Shown: piece by piece, positions 23,893-32,000 of the stretch
Position numbering within the stretch: the stretch's first letter is position 1
Layout: every line of letters begins with the position of its first letter
Assembly: GCF_000284115.1 (NCBI RefSeq)
Contig: NC_017080.1
Location: forward strand, 1,440,001 to 1,472,000
From: Phycisphaera mikurensis NBRC 102666
GTDB lineage: Bacteria; Planctomycetota; Phycisphaerae; Phycisphaerales; Phycisphaeraceae
DNA length: 32,000 nt
Direction of reading: 5' to 3'
Made by a program: the position numbers and the translations under genes
The notes under the pieces: generated by a model
The model's database searches: none
What the model saw: the letters and a program-made list of their open reading frames with translations, nothing else
Told to the model about the DNA's origin: nothing

Positions 23893-24882
23893 TCACCCCC
23901 GGCCGTTGATCTTCAACAGCCGCTCCGGCGACTCCGGCTGGTTGGTCCGCGAGGAGAGGCGCATCGCCTCGACGCAGGCGAGCGCGGCGGCGTCGTGGCC
24001 GGGCCCGGGGCCGGGGGCCCGGGGGTGGTGGAGGTGGCGACGCCAGCGACCGGCGACCTGGTCGACGAAAGCCGTGGCGGCGGGCGGCTCGGCGGCGTCG
24101 ACGGCGACGGCGGCGTCCTCTCCTCGGAGGACCAGCCGCTCGTACCCGCCGTCGTGGATCTCCAGCTGCGCGTCGGCCCCCAAGAGCCGCAGGCTCCGGA
24201 CCGAGCGGGCGGCGTCGGCGGCGACGTCGAGGCTGACGGTGCTGCCGTCGCGGCCGCGGGCGAGCACGGCGACCCGCCCGCCGGCGGCGCGTGCGTCAAC
24301 GTCCACCGGCGGCGGGCTCCAGGCGGCGAGCAGGTTCTCGGGCATCTCCACGAAGCGGAGCACCGTGCGCCAGGCGTCGACGAGCCGCGCGAGCAGGCTG
24401 CCCTCGTCCGGCCGCCCGTGCGACACCAGCCGGATCTGCGGCGGGCCGGTCACCTCGACGAGCGGGTCCAGCGCCGCCTCCACGCCGAGGCTGCGGTCGA
24501 AGCGGGGCACCTCCAAGAGGTGCGGGGCGACCCTCGTCAACCACGGCGCCGCGAGCTCCTGGAGGCCGGCCGCGGGCGGCTCGGTGGTCACCACCAGCGT
24601 GCCCTGATCCGCCGCGGCCTGGATCAGCTCCGGCGGGAGCCCGCCGCGGACCGCCACGAGCAGGCACGCCGCCGACCGCTCGATCAGCATCCGCCGCAGG
24701 TCGGGCGAGGGGTCGAGCCGGCCCCCCGCGACGCGCGCCAGATCGGCAGCCGCGGCGTCGGGACCGCCGATCCCGATGACCTCGATGGCGTCGCCCATGA
24801 CGTCCAGCAGCGAACCCGCGTAGCGGGCGTGGGCGGCGTCCACCCAGGTGGTGACCTCGTGGGGCAGAGAGGCGTCGCTCAC
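23893..24882 (-). CDS. Hypothetical protein with degenerate Gfo/Idh/MocA-like architecture
   Basis: High third-position GC runs from GTG 24882; the alternative ATG is at 24798 (MGDAIEVIGIGGPD). The layout resembles Gfo/Idh/MocA oxidoreductases (IEVIGIGG ... LLVAVRGGLPPELIQAAADQGTLVVTTEPPA ... PRFDRS), but the dinucleotide-binding motif is degenerate. The track extension to 25125 is rejected. Confidence 0.45.
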   Translation of the reverse strand: MSDASLPHEVTTWVDAAHARYAGSLLDVMGDAIEVIGIGGPDAAAADLARVAGGRLDPSPDLRRMLIERSAACLLVAVRGGLPPELIQAAADQGTLVVTTEPPAAGLQELAAPWLTRVAPHLLEVPRFDRSLGVEAALDPLVEVTGPPQIRLVSHGRPDEGSLLARLVDAWRTVLRFVEMPENLLAAWSPPPVDVDARAAGGRVAVLARGRDGSTVSLDVAADAARSVRSLRLLGADAQLEIHDGGYERLVLRGEDAAVAVDAAEPPAATAFVDQVAGRWRRHLHHPRAPGPGPGHDAAALACVEAMRLSSRTNQPESPERLLKINGRG

Positions 24883-24950
24883 GGACGAAGCGTACGGAGC
24901 GGCGTCGGCGGCGCTGCCGCTCCTGCCCCGGGCCGACGCTCTTAGCGCAC

Positions 24951-25092
24951 CGTGCGCAATTTTCCGATCGCCTCTGCGGGCGAGTCGTGCCCCTCGCTTC
25001 ATCGGCTGCATCGCCCTGCAGGGGCAGGGCTGCTTCGCCTCCTCACGAGGAACACGACGCGCGGACGCAGGCCGATCGGAAAATTGCGCACG
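24951..25092. mobile_element. MITE-like element with perfect 20-bp terminal inverted repeats (CGTGCGCAATTTTCCGATCG)
   Basis: The left TIR is at 24951-24970 and the right TIR (CGATCGGAAAATTGCGCACG) at 25073-25092. The 102-bp interior is itself an imperfect palindrome centred on GCCCTGCAGGGGCAGGGC. CTTAG lies on both flanks (24941-24945 and 25096-25100). There is no coding capacity. Confidence 0.65.
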
Positions 25093-25096
25093 ATGC

Positions 25097-25897
25097 TTAG
25101 GCCCTTCTGTCGGCGTCGCGGCCACGCTTGCCCGGCACGAGCACGCCCCGCGCGGCCGCGGTCTCCTCCACCAGCCGGCCGCCCTCGAGCACCACCACCC
25201 GCTCCGCGGCTCTGGCCACCTTGTCGTCGTGGGTCACCAGCACCAGCGTCTGCCCGGCCCGGTGCAGGCCCAGGAACAGGTCGAGCACCTCGCGGCCCGT
25301 GGTCGCGTCGAGGTTGCCGGTGGGCTCGTCCGCGAGCAGGATGGCCGGCTCGTTGACGAGGGCCCGGGCGATCGCCACCCGCTGACGCTCGCCGCCGGAG
25401 AGCTTGCCCGGCCGGTGGTGGAGCCGATCCCCGAGGCCGACGCGGCCGAGCAGGTCGGCCGCGCGGGCCTTCGCCTCGCGCCGCGTCGACGGCCACCGGG
25501 TGAGCGGCGTGGCCACCCGGGCCGCGAGCAGCACGTTCTGCAGGGCGGACAGCTCCCCGATGAGGTGGTAGCTCTGGAAGACCAGGCCGATGGAGCTGCG
25601 GCGGTAGCGGTCCAGCCGCCGCTCGCTCCCGCCGTAGACGTTCTCGCCGCGGAAGAACAGACCGCCCCCCGCGGGCGTGCCCGCGGCCGTCGGGTCGGGG
25701 CGGTCGAGCCCGGCGAGCAGGTGCAGGAGCGTGCTCTTGCCCGAGCCCGAGCGGCCGAGGATCGCCAGGCAGTCGCCGGCGTCGACCGCGAGGCCGAGCC
25801 CGTCGAGCACGCGGAGGTCGCGGCCGCCTTCGCGGAAGGTGCGGGAGACCGCCTTGGCGACGAGCAGGCCGGCGGTGGGGGGGGCGGCGTCGCTCAC
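25097..25897 (-). CDS. ABC transporter ATP-binding protein, LolD/MacB type
   Basis: The GTG start at 25897 overlaps the permease stop (GTGA overlap). Motifs: GRSGSGKSTLLHLLAGLD (Walker A), LSGGERQRVAIARAL (signature), ILLADEPTGNLD (Walker B), LVLVTHD. The rest of track ORF 25097-27628 is an alternate frame of the permease and is rejected. Confidence 0.85.
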   Translation of the reverse strand: MSDAAPPTAGLLVAKAVSRTFREGGRDLRVLDGLGLAVDAGDCLAILGRSGSGKSTLLHLLAGLDRPDPTAAGTPAGGGLFFRGENVYGGSERRLDRYRRSSIGLVFQSYHLIGELSALQNVLLAARVATPLTRWPSTRREAKARAADLLGRVGLGDRLHHRPGKLSGGERQRVAIARALVNEPAILLADEPTGNLDATTGREVLDLFLGLHRAGQTLVLVTHDDKVARAAERVVVLEGGRLVEETAAARGVLVPGKRGRDADRRA

Positions 25898-27612
25898 TCG
25901 GCCCTCAGCGCCTCCACCGGGTCCTCGGCCGACGCCCGCAGCGCCGGCACCACCGCACCCAGCACGCTGGAGACCACCGCGCCCAGCGCGATCAGCACCA
26001 CCTCGGCGGCGTCCAGGTTCGTGGGGATCGTGTCGAAGAAGTAGGTCTTGGGGTCCCACATCACGAAGCGGTACGCGGCGTTGAGCCGCTGGGCGTACCC
26101 CCCGCGGAAGAGCACGAGCCCCAGCGCCGGGAGGAAGAGCAGCAGCGCCCCGCCGGGCACCAGCCGCCGCAGCCACCACGCCATCGCCTGGCGGACGAAG
26201 CCGATCGCCACCGCCAGCGTCCCGCCCGCCGCGGCCCCGACCCCCAGCGCCCCCACGAGCAGCCCGGTGACGCCCAGGTACGTCGCGAGGAAGTGCTGGA
26301 TCGCGTTGAGCTGCAGCACGACCGCGACCGCCAGCGCCACGCCCGCGGCCGCCCCGACCACACCCACCGCCAGGCCGTAGCCCAGGAACAGCCCGAGGAC
26401 GCCCGAGCGGGCCGCCCCGATGGCGCGGAGCACGCCGATGTCGCGGGTCTTGGCGAGCACGATCATGTAGAAGGTCGTCGCGACCATCACCACGGCCACG
26501 CCGCTGATGACGACGAACAAGAAGGTGACCATGCCCTTCTCGTTCTGCACCGCGCCGATGAGCTGGCCGTGCATCTCGACCCAGGTGTAGGTGAGCGGGG
26601 GCACCCCGGCGTCCCGCTCGCGGCGGAGCGCATCCCAATGGTCCCCGACGAGCTCGGCGACGCGGCGGCGTGCCCCGCCGAGCTCGGCGTCGTCGTCGGT
26701 GTCGATCGCGTCGGCGAGCTTCACGATCACCTGCGTCACGCGGCCGGACACCCGCACCCGCTCGCCGCCGAGCCCGGTCAGCGGGTCGAAGCCGGCGACG
26801 CCCTCGAACGGGGCCATCTGCAGGGCCCGCTGCAGCACGCCCAGCGGCACCATGACCGTGCCGGAGTCCACCTCGTACAGCCCGCTCTTGAAGTCGTTGG
26901 CGACCGCCAGCGGCACGCGGACCGGCTCGTAGCTGCCCGGCGTGCCGCGCTCGTTGAGCGGGACGAGCGTGAGCGTGAATTCGCGACCGACCCAGCTGGT
27001 GCCGAAGCCGTACACGCCCGCGTCGTCGCGCCGGTTCCCGCCGTGGACCTCCACCCCGGTGATCGCGCCGGCCACCGGCGCGGGCGCGTCCGCGGTCGCC
27101 GGACCCGGGTCGGTCGGGAAGGGCGGGTCCAGCGCCCCGCCGAGCCCCGCCGGCGCCGGCGGCTCGTAGAAGCCGTATGAAGCGAGTTCCTCCCGCCGCT
27201 GCTGGACCTCCTCCTCGCTCCAGACCAGCCGCTCCTCCAGCCCCACCACCTCGTCGAAGGCGGGGAAGTCGACGCCTTGGACCTGCACGGGCTTGAAGAC
27301 GCCGCCGAGGTTCAGCAGCCCGAACCAGCGGATCGAAGGCGTCGCGCTCGCGACGATCTCGTCCTCCTCCAGCGCCTCGATCAGCCCCTCGTACCCGCTG
27401 AAACCGCCGTAGGGGTTGTACGCCTCGATCACCAGGTCGCCGGTGATCGCGTGGGCCGCCCGCTTCAGCTCCGTCAGGAACCCGCCCATCACCGAGATGA
27501 CGATGATCACCATCGCCGTGCACAGCGTCACCGCCAGCGCCGCCAGCAGCGGCGCGAGCTGGCGGCGGAGGTAGGCGAAGATGAGGGCGAGGAGGTACAT
27601 GGGGCGGGGCAT
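25894..27612 (-). CDS. ABC transporter permease, FtsX/MacB/LolC-E family with large extracytoplasmic domain
   Basis: 572 aa. The N-terminal TM is LAPLLAALAVTLCTAMVIIVISVMGGF, followed by a ~280-aa loop. The C-terminal FtsX-type module is VVISGVAVVMVATTFYMIVLAKTRDIGVLRAIGAARSGVLGLFLGYG. The ATG at 27612 lies inside the terminus of a repeat element; the second Met at 27600 (MYLLALIF) is an alternative start. Confidence 0.8.
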   Translation of the reverse strand: MPRPMYLLALIFAYLRRQLAPLLAALAVTLCTAMVIIVISVMGGFLTELKRAAHAITGDLVIEAYNPYGGFSGYEGLIEALEEDEIVASATPSIRWFGLLNLGGVFKPVQVQGVDFPAFDEVVGLEERLVWSEEEVQQRREELASYGFYEPPAPAGLGGALDPPFPTDPGPATADAPAPVAGAITGVEVHGGNRRDDAGVYGFGTSWVGREFTLTLVPLNERGTPGSYEPVRVPLAVANDFKSGLYEVDSGTVMVPLGVLQRALQMAPFEGVAGFDPLTGLGGERVRVSGRVTQVIVKLADAIDTDDDAELGGARRRVAELVGDHWDALRRERDAGVPPLTYTWVEMHGQLIGAVQNEKGMVTFLFVVISGVAVVMVATTFYMIVLAKTRDIGVLRAIGAARSGVLGLFLGYGLAVGVVGAAAGVALAVAVVLQLNAIQHFLATYLGVTGLLVGALGVGAAAGGTLAVAIGFVRQAMAWWLRRLVPGGALLLFLPALGLVLFRGGYAQRLNAAYRFVMWDPKTYFFDTIPTNLDAAEVVLIALGAVVSSVLGAVVPALRASAEDPVEALRAE

Positions 27613-27786
27613 CCGCTGCGCGGATCAAGCAAAGAAGCGAGGAAGCGAAGAAGAGGGAGAGTCAGACAAGCCGTCGGGGCTTCGCCTGCCACACCGAGGA
27701 GACGCTACCGGTGCCGACTGCTTCACTTGCTGACTTCTTCGCTTCTTCGCTTCTCCGCTTCCTCGCTCGATCCGCGCAGCGGATGC
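27609..27786. repeat. Intercistronic palindromic element, family B copy 2
   Basis: The left end is GCATCCGCTGCGCGGATCAAGCAAAGAAGCGAGGAAGCGAAGAAG. The reverse complement of the right end reads GCATCCGCTGCGCGGATCGAGCGAGGAAGCGGAGAAGCGAAGAAGCGAAGAAG. It overlaps the last 64 nt of lysS and the permease start codon. Confidence 0.85.
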
Positions 27787-29405
27787 GTCCCCACCGGCTT
27801 CATCAGCGGAAACGCCAGTACATCCCGGATCGAGCTCTTGTTCGTCAGCAGCATCACCAGGCGGTCGATGCCGATGCCCAGGCCGCCGGCGGGCGGCATG
27901 CCGACCTTCAGGGCGTCGAGGAAGTCCAGGTCCAGGTTGCGGAAGGTGTTCTCCTCCGCATCGCCGCCGAGCTGCTCGCGGAAGTTCGCTTCCTGCACGT
28001 CGGGGTCGTTGAGCTCGGTGTAGGCGTTGGCGAGCTCCATGCCGGCGACGAACAGCTCGAAGCGCTCGGCGATCGTCGGGTCGTCGGGCTTCCGCTTCGT
28101 CAGCGGGCACAGGCTGGCGGGGTACTCCACGACGAAGGTCGGCTGGATGAGGTGCTTCTCGACGGTCTCCTCCCACAGCGCGTTGAGCAGCACGTCGGGG
28201 TGGACGCCGCCGGTCTGCAGGCCCAGGGCTCTGGCCTTGGCCAGGACGCGGGCGGCGCCCTTCTCGCCGCGGGCGTCCCAGCCGTTGTGCTCGGCGAAGA
28301 GGTCGTGGTAGCTCGCCCGGCGGAAGGCGCCGAAGTCGATCTCGTGGTCGCCGTAGGGCCGCTTCAGCGAGCCGAGCACCTCGCCGGCGAGGTGCTCGAC
28401 GAGGCCCTGGGTGTGGTGGAGGATGCTTTCGAGGTCGCCGTAGGCCTCGTAGAGCTCGAGCATCGTGAACTCGGGGTTGTGGCTGCGGTCCACGCCCTCG
28501 TTGCGGAAGTTGCGGTTGATCTCGAAGACCCTCGGCAGGCCGCCCACGAGCAGGCGCTTGAGGTACAGCTCCGGGGCGATCCGCAGGAACAGCTCCAGGT
28601 CCAGCGCGTTGTGGTGGGTGACGAAGGGCCGGGCCGCGGCGCCGCCGGGCACGGGCTGCATCATCGGGGTCTCGACCTCGAGGAAGCCGCGGCCCTCGAA
28701 GAAGTCGCGGGTCGCCTTGATGAGCCTCGACCGCGTCTGCAGCGTCGCGAGGCCCTCGGGGTTGCTCCAGAGGTCGACGTGCCGGCGCCGGTACCGCTGC
28801 TCGGGATCGGTGAGGCCGTGGAACTTGCCCGGCGGGAGCGCGAGGCTCTTGGTGAGCAGGCGGAAGGTGAGCCCGCCGGTGGGGTCCTCCCGGTGCTCGA
28901 TGCCGACGGAGGACGCGTCCGGATCGGCGGAGGGGTCGCCGCCGGGCCCGGCCCAGACCGTCACCTCGCCGGTCTTGGTCTGCGCCAGCGGACCCCGCGC
29001 CGCGACGAGGTCCGCGAGGTCGACCAGCTTCGCGACCTTGAAGGCCTCCGGCCCGACCGCCTTCTTCGAGACCGCCACCTGCAGGTCCACCCCGGAGTGG
29101 TCCCGCAGCGACAGGAAGAGCAGGTTGCCCATCAGCCGCTGCTGCACCACGCGGCCCGCGACGGCGACGATCGGCCGGTCGTCGCCGGAGGCGGGATCCT
29201 CCTTGAACCAGCGATCGGCCTCGGCGTCGTACAGCGCCCGGGCGGCGGCGAGCGAGACGAGCCCGTCCTGCCGCGTGCCGAAGGGGTCGATCCCGTGCTC
29301 GCTCCGGAGCTTGTCGAGCTTGGCCCGCCGGGCGGCCAGCAGCTCCTCGGTGGAAGCGGAGGAGGCGTTGGGCGGCGGAGCGGTTCTCGGGGGGTCGGGG
29401 TTCAT
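27723..29405 (-). CDS. lysS: Lysine--tRNA ligase (class II)
   Basis: 560 aa with ATG at 29405. Class II motifs: FLEVETPMMQ, LYLRIAPELYLKRLLVGG-like (FLRIAPELYLKRLLVGGL), VFEINRNFRNEG, GGLGIGIDRLVMLL. The C-terminal ~21 aa after FPLMKP are encoded by the repeat element. Confidence 0.95.
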   Translation of the reverse strand: MNPDPPRTAPPPNASSASTEELLAARRAKLDKLRSEHGIDPFGTRQDGLVSLAAARALYDAEADRWFKEDPASGDDRPIVAVAGRVVQQRLMGNLLFLSLRDHSGVDLQVAVSKKAVGPEAFKVAKLVDLADLVAARGPLAQTKTGEVTVWAGPGGDPSADPDASSVGIEHREDPTGGLTFRLLTKSLALPPGKFHGLTDPEQRYRRRHVDLWSNPEGLATLQTRSRLIKATRDFFEGRGFLEVETPMMQPVPGGAAARPFVTHHNALDLELFLRIAPELYLKRLLVGGLPRVFEINRNFRNEGVDRSHNPEFTMLELYEAYGDLESILHHTQGLVEHLAGEVLGSLKRPYGDHEIDFGAFRRASYHDLFAEHNGWDARGEKGAARVLAKARALGLQTGGVHPDVLLNALWEETVEKHLIQPTFVVEYPASLCPLTKRKPDDPTIAERFELFVAGMELANAYTELNDPDVQEANFREQLGGDAEENTFRNLDLDFLDALKVGMPPAGGLGIGIDRLVMLLTNKSSIRDVLAFPLMKPVGTHPLRGSSEEAEKRRSEEVSK

Positions 29406-29454
29406 GAGGCTCTCGGGGCGGCGCAGGGCGCAGCAGAACGGGCCCGGCGGTCAC

Positions 29455-29502
29455 GCCGCGGACCGAGCCGGATTCCGTCGGATTCCGTCGACGGTCCGCG
29501 GC
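29455..29502. repeat. Hairpin built on the CCGCGGACC motif, with tandem GGATTCCGTC x2 in the loop
   Basis: GCCGCGGACCG (29455-29465) pairs with CGGTCCGCGGC (29492-29502), an 11-bp perfect stem. The loop contains GGATTCCGTCGGATTCCGTC. It lies between the rplS stop and the lysS start. Confidence 0.6.
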
Positions 29503-29531
29503 CGAGCGACCGCGGGCGTCCCGCCACGCGG

Positions 29532-29966
29532 TCAGGCGTTGGGCGTGCCGGTCGCGGCGTGCTCGCCGGCACCGACGGACTCCTTCTGGCCCGGGTTCGG
29601 GCCCGGACGCAGGCCCAGGTTCCGCCGCTTGTCCCGCAGGCGACGCTTCTTGCCGAGCCGGTCGCGGAGGTAGTACAGGCGGGCCCGGCGGGTGTCGCCG
29701 CTGCGGACGACCTCGACCTTGGCGATCTTCGGCGAGTGCATCGGGAAGATCCGCTCGACCCCCTCGTTGGCGACGATGCGGCGGACCAGCATGGTGCGGG
29801 TGAGACCGCGGCCCTGGATCTTCATCACCACGCCCTGGAAGACCTGGATCCGCTCCTTGCCCTCGATGATGCGGACGTGGACGTCGATCGTGTCGCCGAC
29901 GGAGATCTCCGGGAGGTCGGTCCGCAGCTGGGACTTCTCGACGGCGGCGAGGAGGGCATCGCTCAT
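29532..29966 (-). CDS. rplS: 50S ribosomal protein L19
   Basis: Blocks: PEISVGDTIDVHVRIIEGKERIQVFQGVVMKIQGRG ... FPMHSPKIAKVEVVRSGDTRRARLYYLR. It carries an extra ~30-aa C-terminal tail compared with the usual ~115-aa protein. Confidence 0.95.
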   Translation of the reverse strand: MSDALLAAVEKSQLRTDLPEISVGDTIDVHVRIIEGKERIQVFQGVVMKIQGRGLTRTMLVRRIVANEGVERIFPMHSPKIAKVEVVRSGDTRRARLYYLRDRLGKKRRLRDKRRNLGLRPGPNPGQKESVGAGEHAATGTPNA

Positions 29967-30185
29967 GGTGCGCTTCGGGGTGGGGGCCGTCGTCGCGACG
30001 ACCGGTCGGGGGGGTCAGAAAAGCCGCGTCGCGCCTTGGAGGCCGCGTCGGGGGCGAGAGGATACAGCAAGAGCGTCGGCACTGCACCGGCCGCCTCCTG
30101 CGAAGGTGTCAGGTACATTCACCGCGACGCCGCGGCGCGCCCGACGTCCTGGAGGACGCTCCTTCCCTCCGCCCGGGTGGTGGCT

Positions 30186-30968
30186 TCAGCCGCCGGTCAT
30201 GAAGCTGGGGTAGCAGGTCATCCCGCCGTCCACGTAGACGCTGGTTCCCGCGACGTAGTCGCCCGCGGGGGAGCAGAGCGCGACGACCATGTCGCCGACC
30301 TCTTCGGCGTTGCCGACGCGCCCGCTGGGGATCTTGGACAGGAGGTCGTTGTGGGCCGCCTCGTCGAGGTGTTTGTGGCTCTTCGTGTTGGTCTTGATGG
30401 CGCCCGGGGCGATGCAGAAGGCGCGGACGCCCGAGTCGGCCAGCTCCAGGGTCATCGACTGCGTCATCGCGGCGACCGCCGCCTTCGCGGCGCAGTAGGG
30501 CGTGTAGCCGGACCAGGGCACCTTGTCGTGGACGCTGGTGATGTTGCAGATCACGCCGTGGCCGCGGCCGATCATCCGCGGCACCGCGGAGCGGCAGGCG
30601 TGGATGACGCCGTGGAAGTTGATGTCGAGCACCCGGCGGATCTCCGCGGGATCCATCTCCCAGAGCAGCCCCCGGTGGCCGTCGACGCCGGCGTTGTTCA
30701 CGAGGATGTCGATCCCGCCCCAGGCTTCGTCGAGCTTCCGGAACATCGCGATCACCTGCGCCTCCTCCGCGATGTCGCTGCTCTCGTGCCAGCACCGGCG
30801 CCCGAAGCCCTCGATGAGGTCCGCGGTCTCGGCGGCGCCCGCGTCGTCGCCGAGGTGGTTGAAGGCGACGTCGGCGCCGGCGCGGGCGGCGGAGCGGGCG
30901 ATGGCCTGGCCGATCCCGGCGCTGCCGCCGGTGACGAGGACCCTTCGGTTCTTCAGCGAGGTATGCAC
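30186..30968 (-). CDS. Short-chain dehydrogenase/reductase (SDR) family oxidoreductase
   Basis: GTG start at 30968. Motifs: TGGSAGIG cofactor motif, NNAG, and the catalytic YxxxK (YCAAK) with an upstream Ser (ITSV). The tail is SVYVDGGMT. Confidence 0.85.
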   Translation of the reverse strand: MHTSLKNRRVLVTGGSAGIGQAIARSAARAGADVAFNHLGDDAGAAETADLIEGFGRRCWHESSDIAEEAQVIAMFRKLDEAWGGIDILVNNAGVDGHRGLLWEMDPAEIRRVLDINFHGVIHACRSAVPRMIGRGHGVICNITSVHDKVPWSGYTPYCAAKAAVAAMTQSMTLELADSGVRAFCIAPGAIKTNTKSHKHLDEAAHNDLLSKIPSGRVGNAEEVGDMVVALCSPAGDYVAGTSVYVDGGMTCYPSFMTGG

Positions 30969-31222
30969 GGGCGCACTAAAGGCGGGGGAGCGGGCCGCGC
31001 GTGCCCTGCCGCCGGCGGGCGGAGCGGGTCGGGCGAGGCGGGGGCGGGCTCAAGCCGCCCGGTGTGCGGTTCCCTCCGCGTCGACCCGCCGCCGTCCGGC
31101 TCCACTTGACGCGGCTCCCGCTTTCGGGGAGCCTCCCTGCGCGCCGCCCGGTGTTCCGGGCGGCGTCGCGCACTGGAGGCTCCTCCGCGGCACCCGCCGC
31201 GGCCATCGCGGTGCGACCTCCC

Positions 31223-32000
31223 ATGCGGCGGGCGGGCCGGTCGGCCCGCGCGTCGCCGCACCCAAGGACCGCCTTGCGCTTCGACGACTTCGCCCTGTCC
31301 CCCGCCCTCCTGAGGAACGTGGCGGAGGCCGGCTACCAGACGCCCTCGCCCATCCAGGCCGAGGCCATCCCGCACGTGCTCGGCGGCCGCGACGTGCTCG
31401 GCTGCGCCCAGACCGGGACGGGGAAGACCGCCGCGTTCGCGCTGCCGATCATCCACCGCATCACCTCCGCGGAGCGGCACGGCGGCAAGCGGACCCGCTG
31501 CCTCGTGCTCTGCCCCACCCGGGAGCTCGCCGTGCAGATCGCCGACGGCTTCCTCGGCTACGCCCGCGGGATGGACCTCTCCGGCGCGCTGGTCTTCGGC
31601 GGCGTCGGCCCCAACCCGCAGATCGCCAAGCTCAAGCGCGGGGCCGAGGTGGTGGTCGCCACGCCGGGCCGGCTGCTGGACCTCATGAACCAGGGCTTCG
31701 CCGACCTCTCCGCGGTCGAGACGCTGGTCCTCGACGAGGCCGACCGCATGCTGGACATGGGCTTCATCCACGACATCCGCAGAATCGTCAAGGAGCTGCC
31801 CGGCAAGCGGCAGACGCTGCTGTTCTCGGCGACGGTCCCCACCGAGATCCGCACGCTGGCGCGGAAGCTCCTGCACGACCCGGTGACGATCACCATCGAG
31901 CCGGATGCGCCCGCGGCCGAGAAGGTCGACCAGAGCGTCCGCTTCGTGGAGCACGGCGGCAAGGCGGACCTGCTCGCCGGGCTCATCCGGGGCAGCGCGG
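31223..32000 (+). CDS. DEAD-box ATP-dependent RNA helicase (RhlE-like), 3' end outside the window
   Basis: It is absent from the ORF track because no stop lies in the window. Translating by hand from ATG 31223 (alternative TTG 31274) gives FDDFALSP, GYQTPSPIQAEAIP (Q motif), AQTGTGKT (motif I), PTRELA (Ia), VLDEADRMLDMGF (II) and LLFSAT (III). Confidence 0.9.
   Translation, partial: MRRAGRSARASPHPRTALRFDDFALSPALLRNVAEAGYQTPSPIQAEAIPHVLGGRDVLGCAQTGTGKTAAFALPIIHRITSAERHGGKRTRCLVLCPTRELAVQIADGFLGYARGMDLSGALVFGGVGPNPQIAKLKRGAEVVVATPGRLLDLMNQGFADLSAVETLVLDEADRMLDMGFIHDIRRIVKELPGKRQTLLFSATVPTEIRTLARKLLHDPVTITIEPDAPAAEKVDQSVRFVEHGGKADLLAGLIRGSA

Noticed and set aside
25898-27628. Upstream part of the 843-aa minus-strand ORF 25097-27628
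   Set aside because: It is an alternate frame of the FtsX-family permease. ATPase homology begins at the GTG at 25897, which overlaps the permease stop.
27711-31109. 1132-aa plus-strand ORF opposite lysS, rplS and the SDR gene
   Set aside because: It is antisense to three motif-supported genes and its composition is low-complexity.

Overview
This is a very GC-rich bacterial window (about 70% by eye). Many spurious antisense ORFs were discarded using motif content and third-codon-position GC. All product calls rest on my own motif recognition, since no database search was possible.

Gene content is mostly housekeeping plus a remodelled urea-utilisation locus:
- + strand, first part: urtA, a fused urtB-urtC permease with an N-terminal HEAT-like domain, urtD, urtE, a frameshifted Uma2-family nuclease, and ureD.
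- An inserted divergent pair follows (a PhyH-family dioxygenase and an AraC-family regulator), then a fused ureA-ureB with no ureC/E/F/G, then dnaK, radA and a divergent secreted GH10-like protein.
- - strand block: an App1/DUF2183-like phosphatase, glyQS, a DUF547 lipoprotein, an XRE-type regulator and rsmH.
- + strand again: tRNA-Leu(CAG), tRNA-Leu(TAG), tRNA-Phe(GAA) with a strong terminator, then pyrF.
- - strand block: a Gfo/Idh/MocA-like hypothetical, a LolD/MacB-type ATPase with an FtsX-family permease, lysS, rplS and an SDR oxidoreductase.
- A 3'-truncated DEAD-box helicase on + runs off the window end and is therefore absent from the ORF track.

The most unusual content is non-coding:
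1. A family of long palindromic, MITE/Correia-like elements whose arms are built from 8-nt tandem repeats. There are two arm types, CACRGAGG and GAAGCGRA, and one copy of each type shares the same outer terminus, GGGCAY(C)CGCTGCGCGGA. All four clear copies sit exactly at junctions between co-directional genes. Two of them contribute start codons or a C-terminal tail to the flanking genes.
2. A separate 142-bp element with perfect 20-bp terminal inverted repeats.
3. A near-palindromic 13-mer, CCGCGGWCCGCGG, found seven times exactly, inside and outside genes.
4. An 18-bp perfect direct repeat with 21-bp periodicity directly upstream of ureAB and downstream of the AraC-family gene.

No CRISPR array, rRNA, transposase or recognisable defence system was seen.
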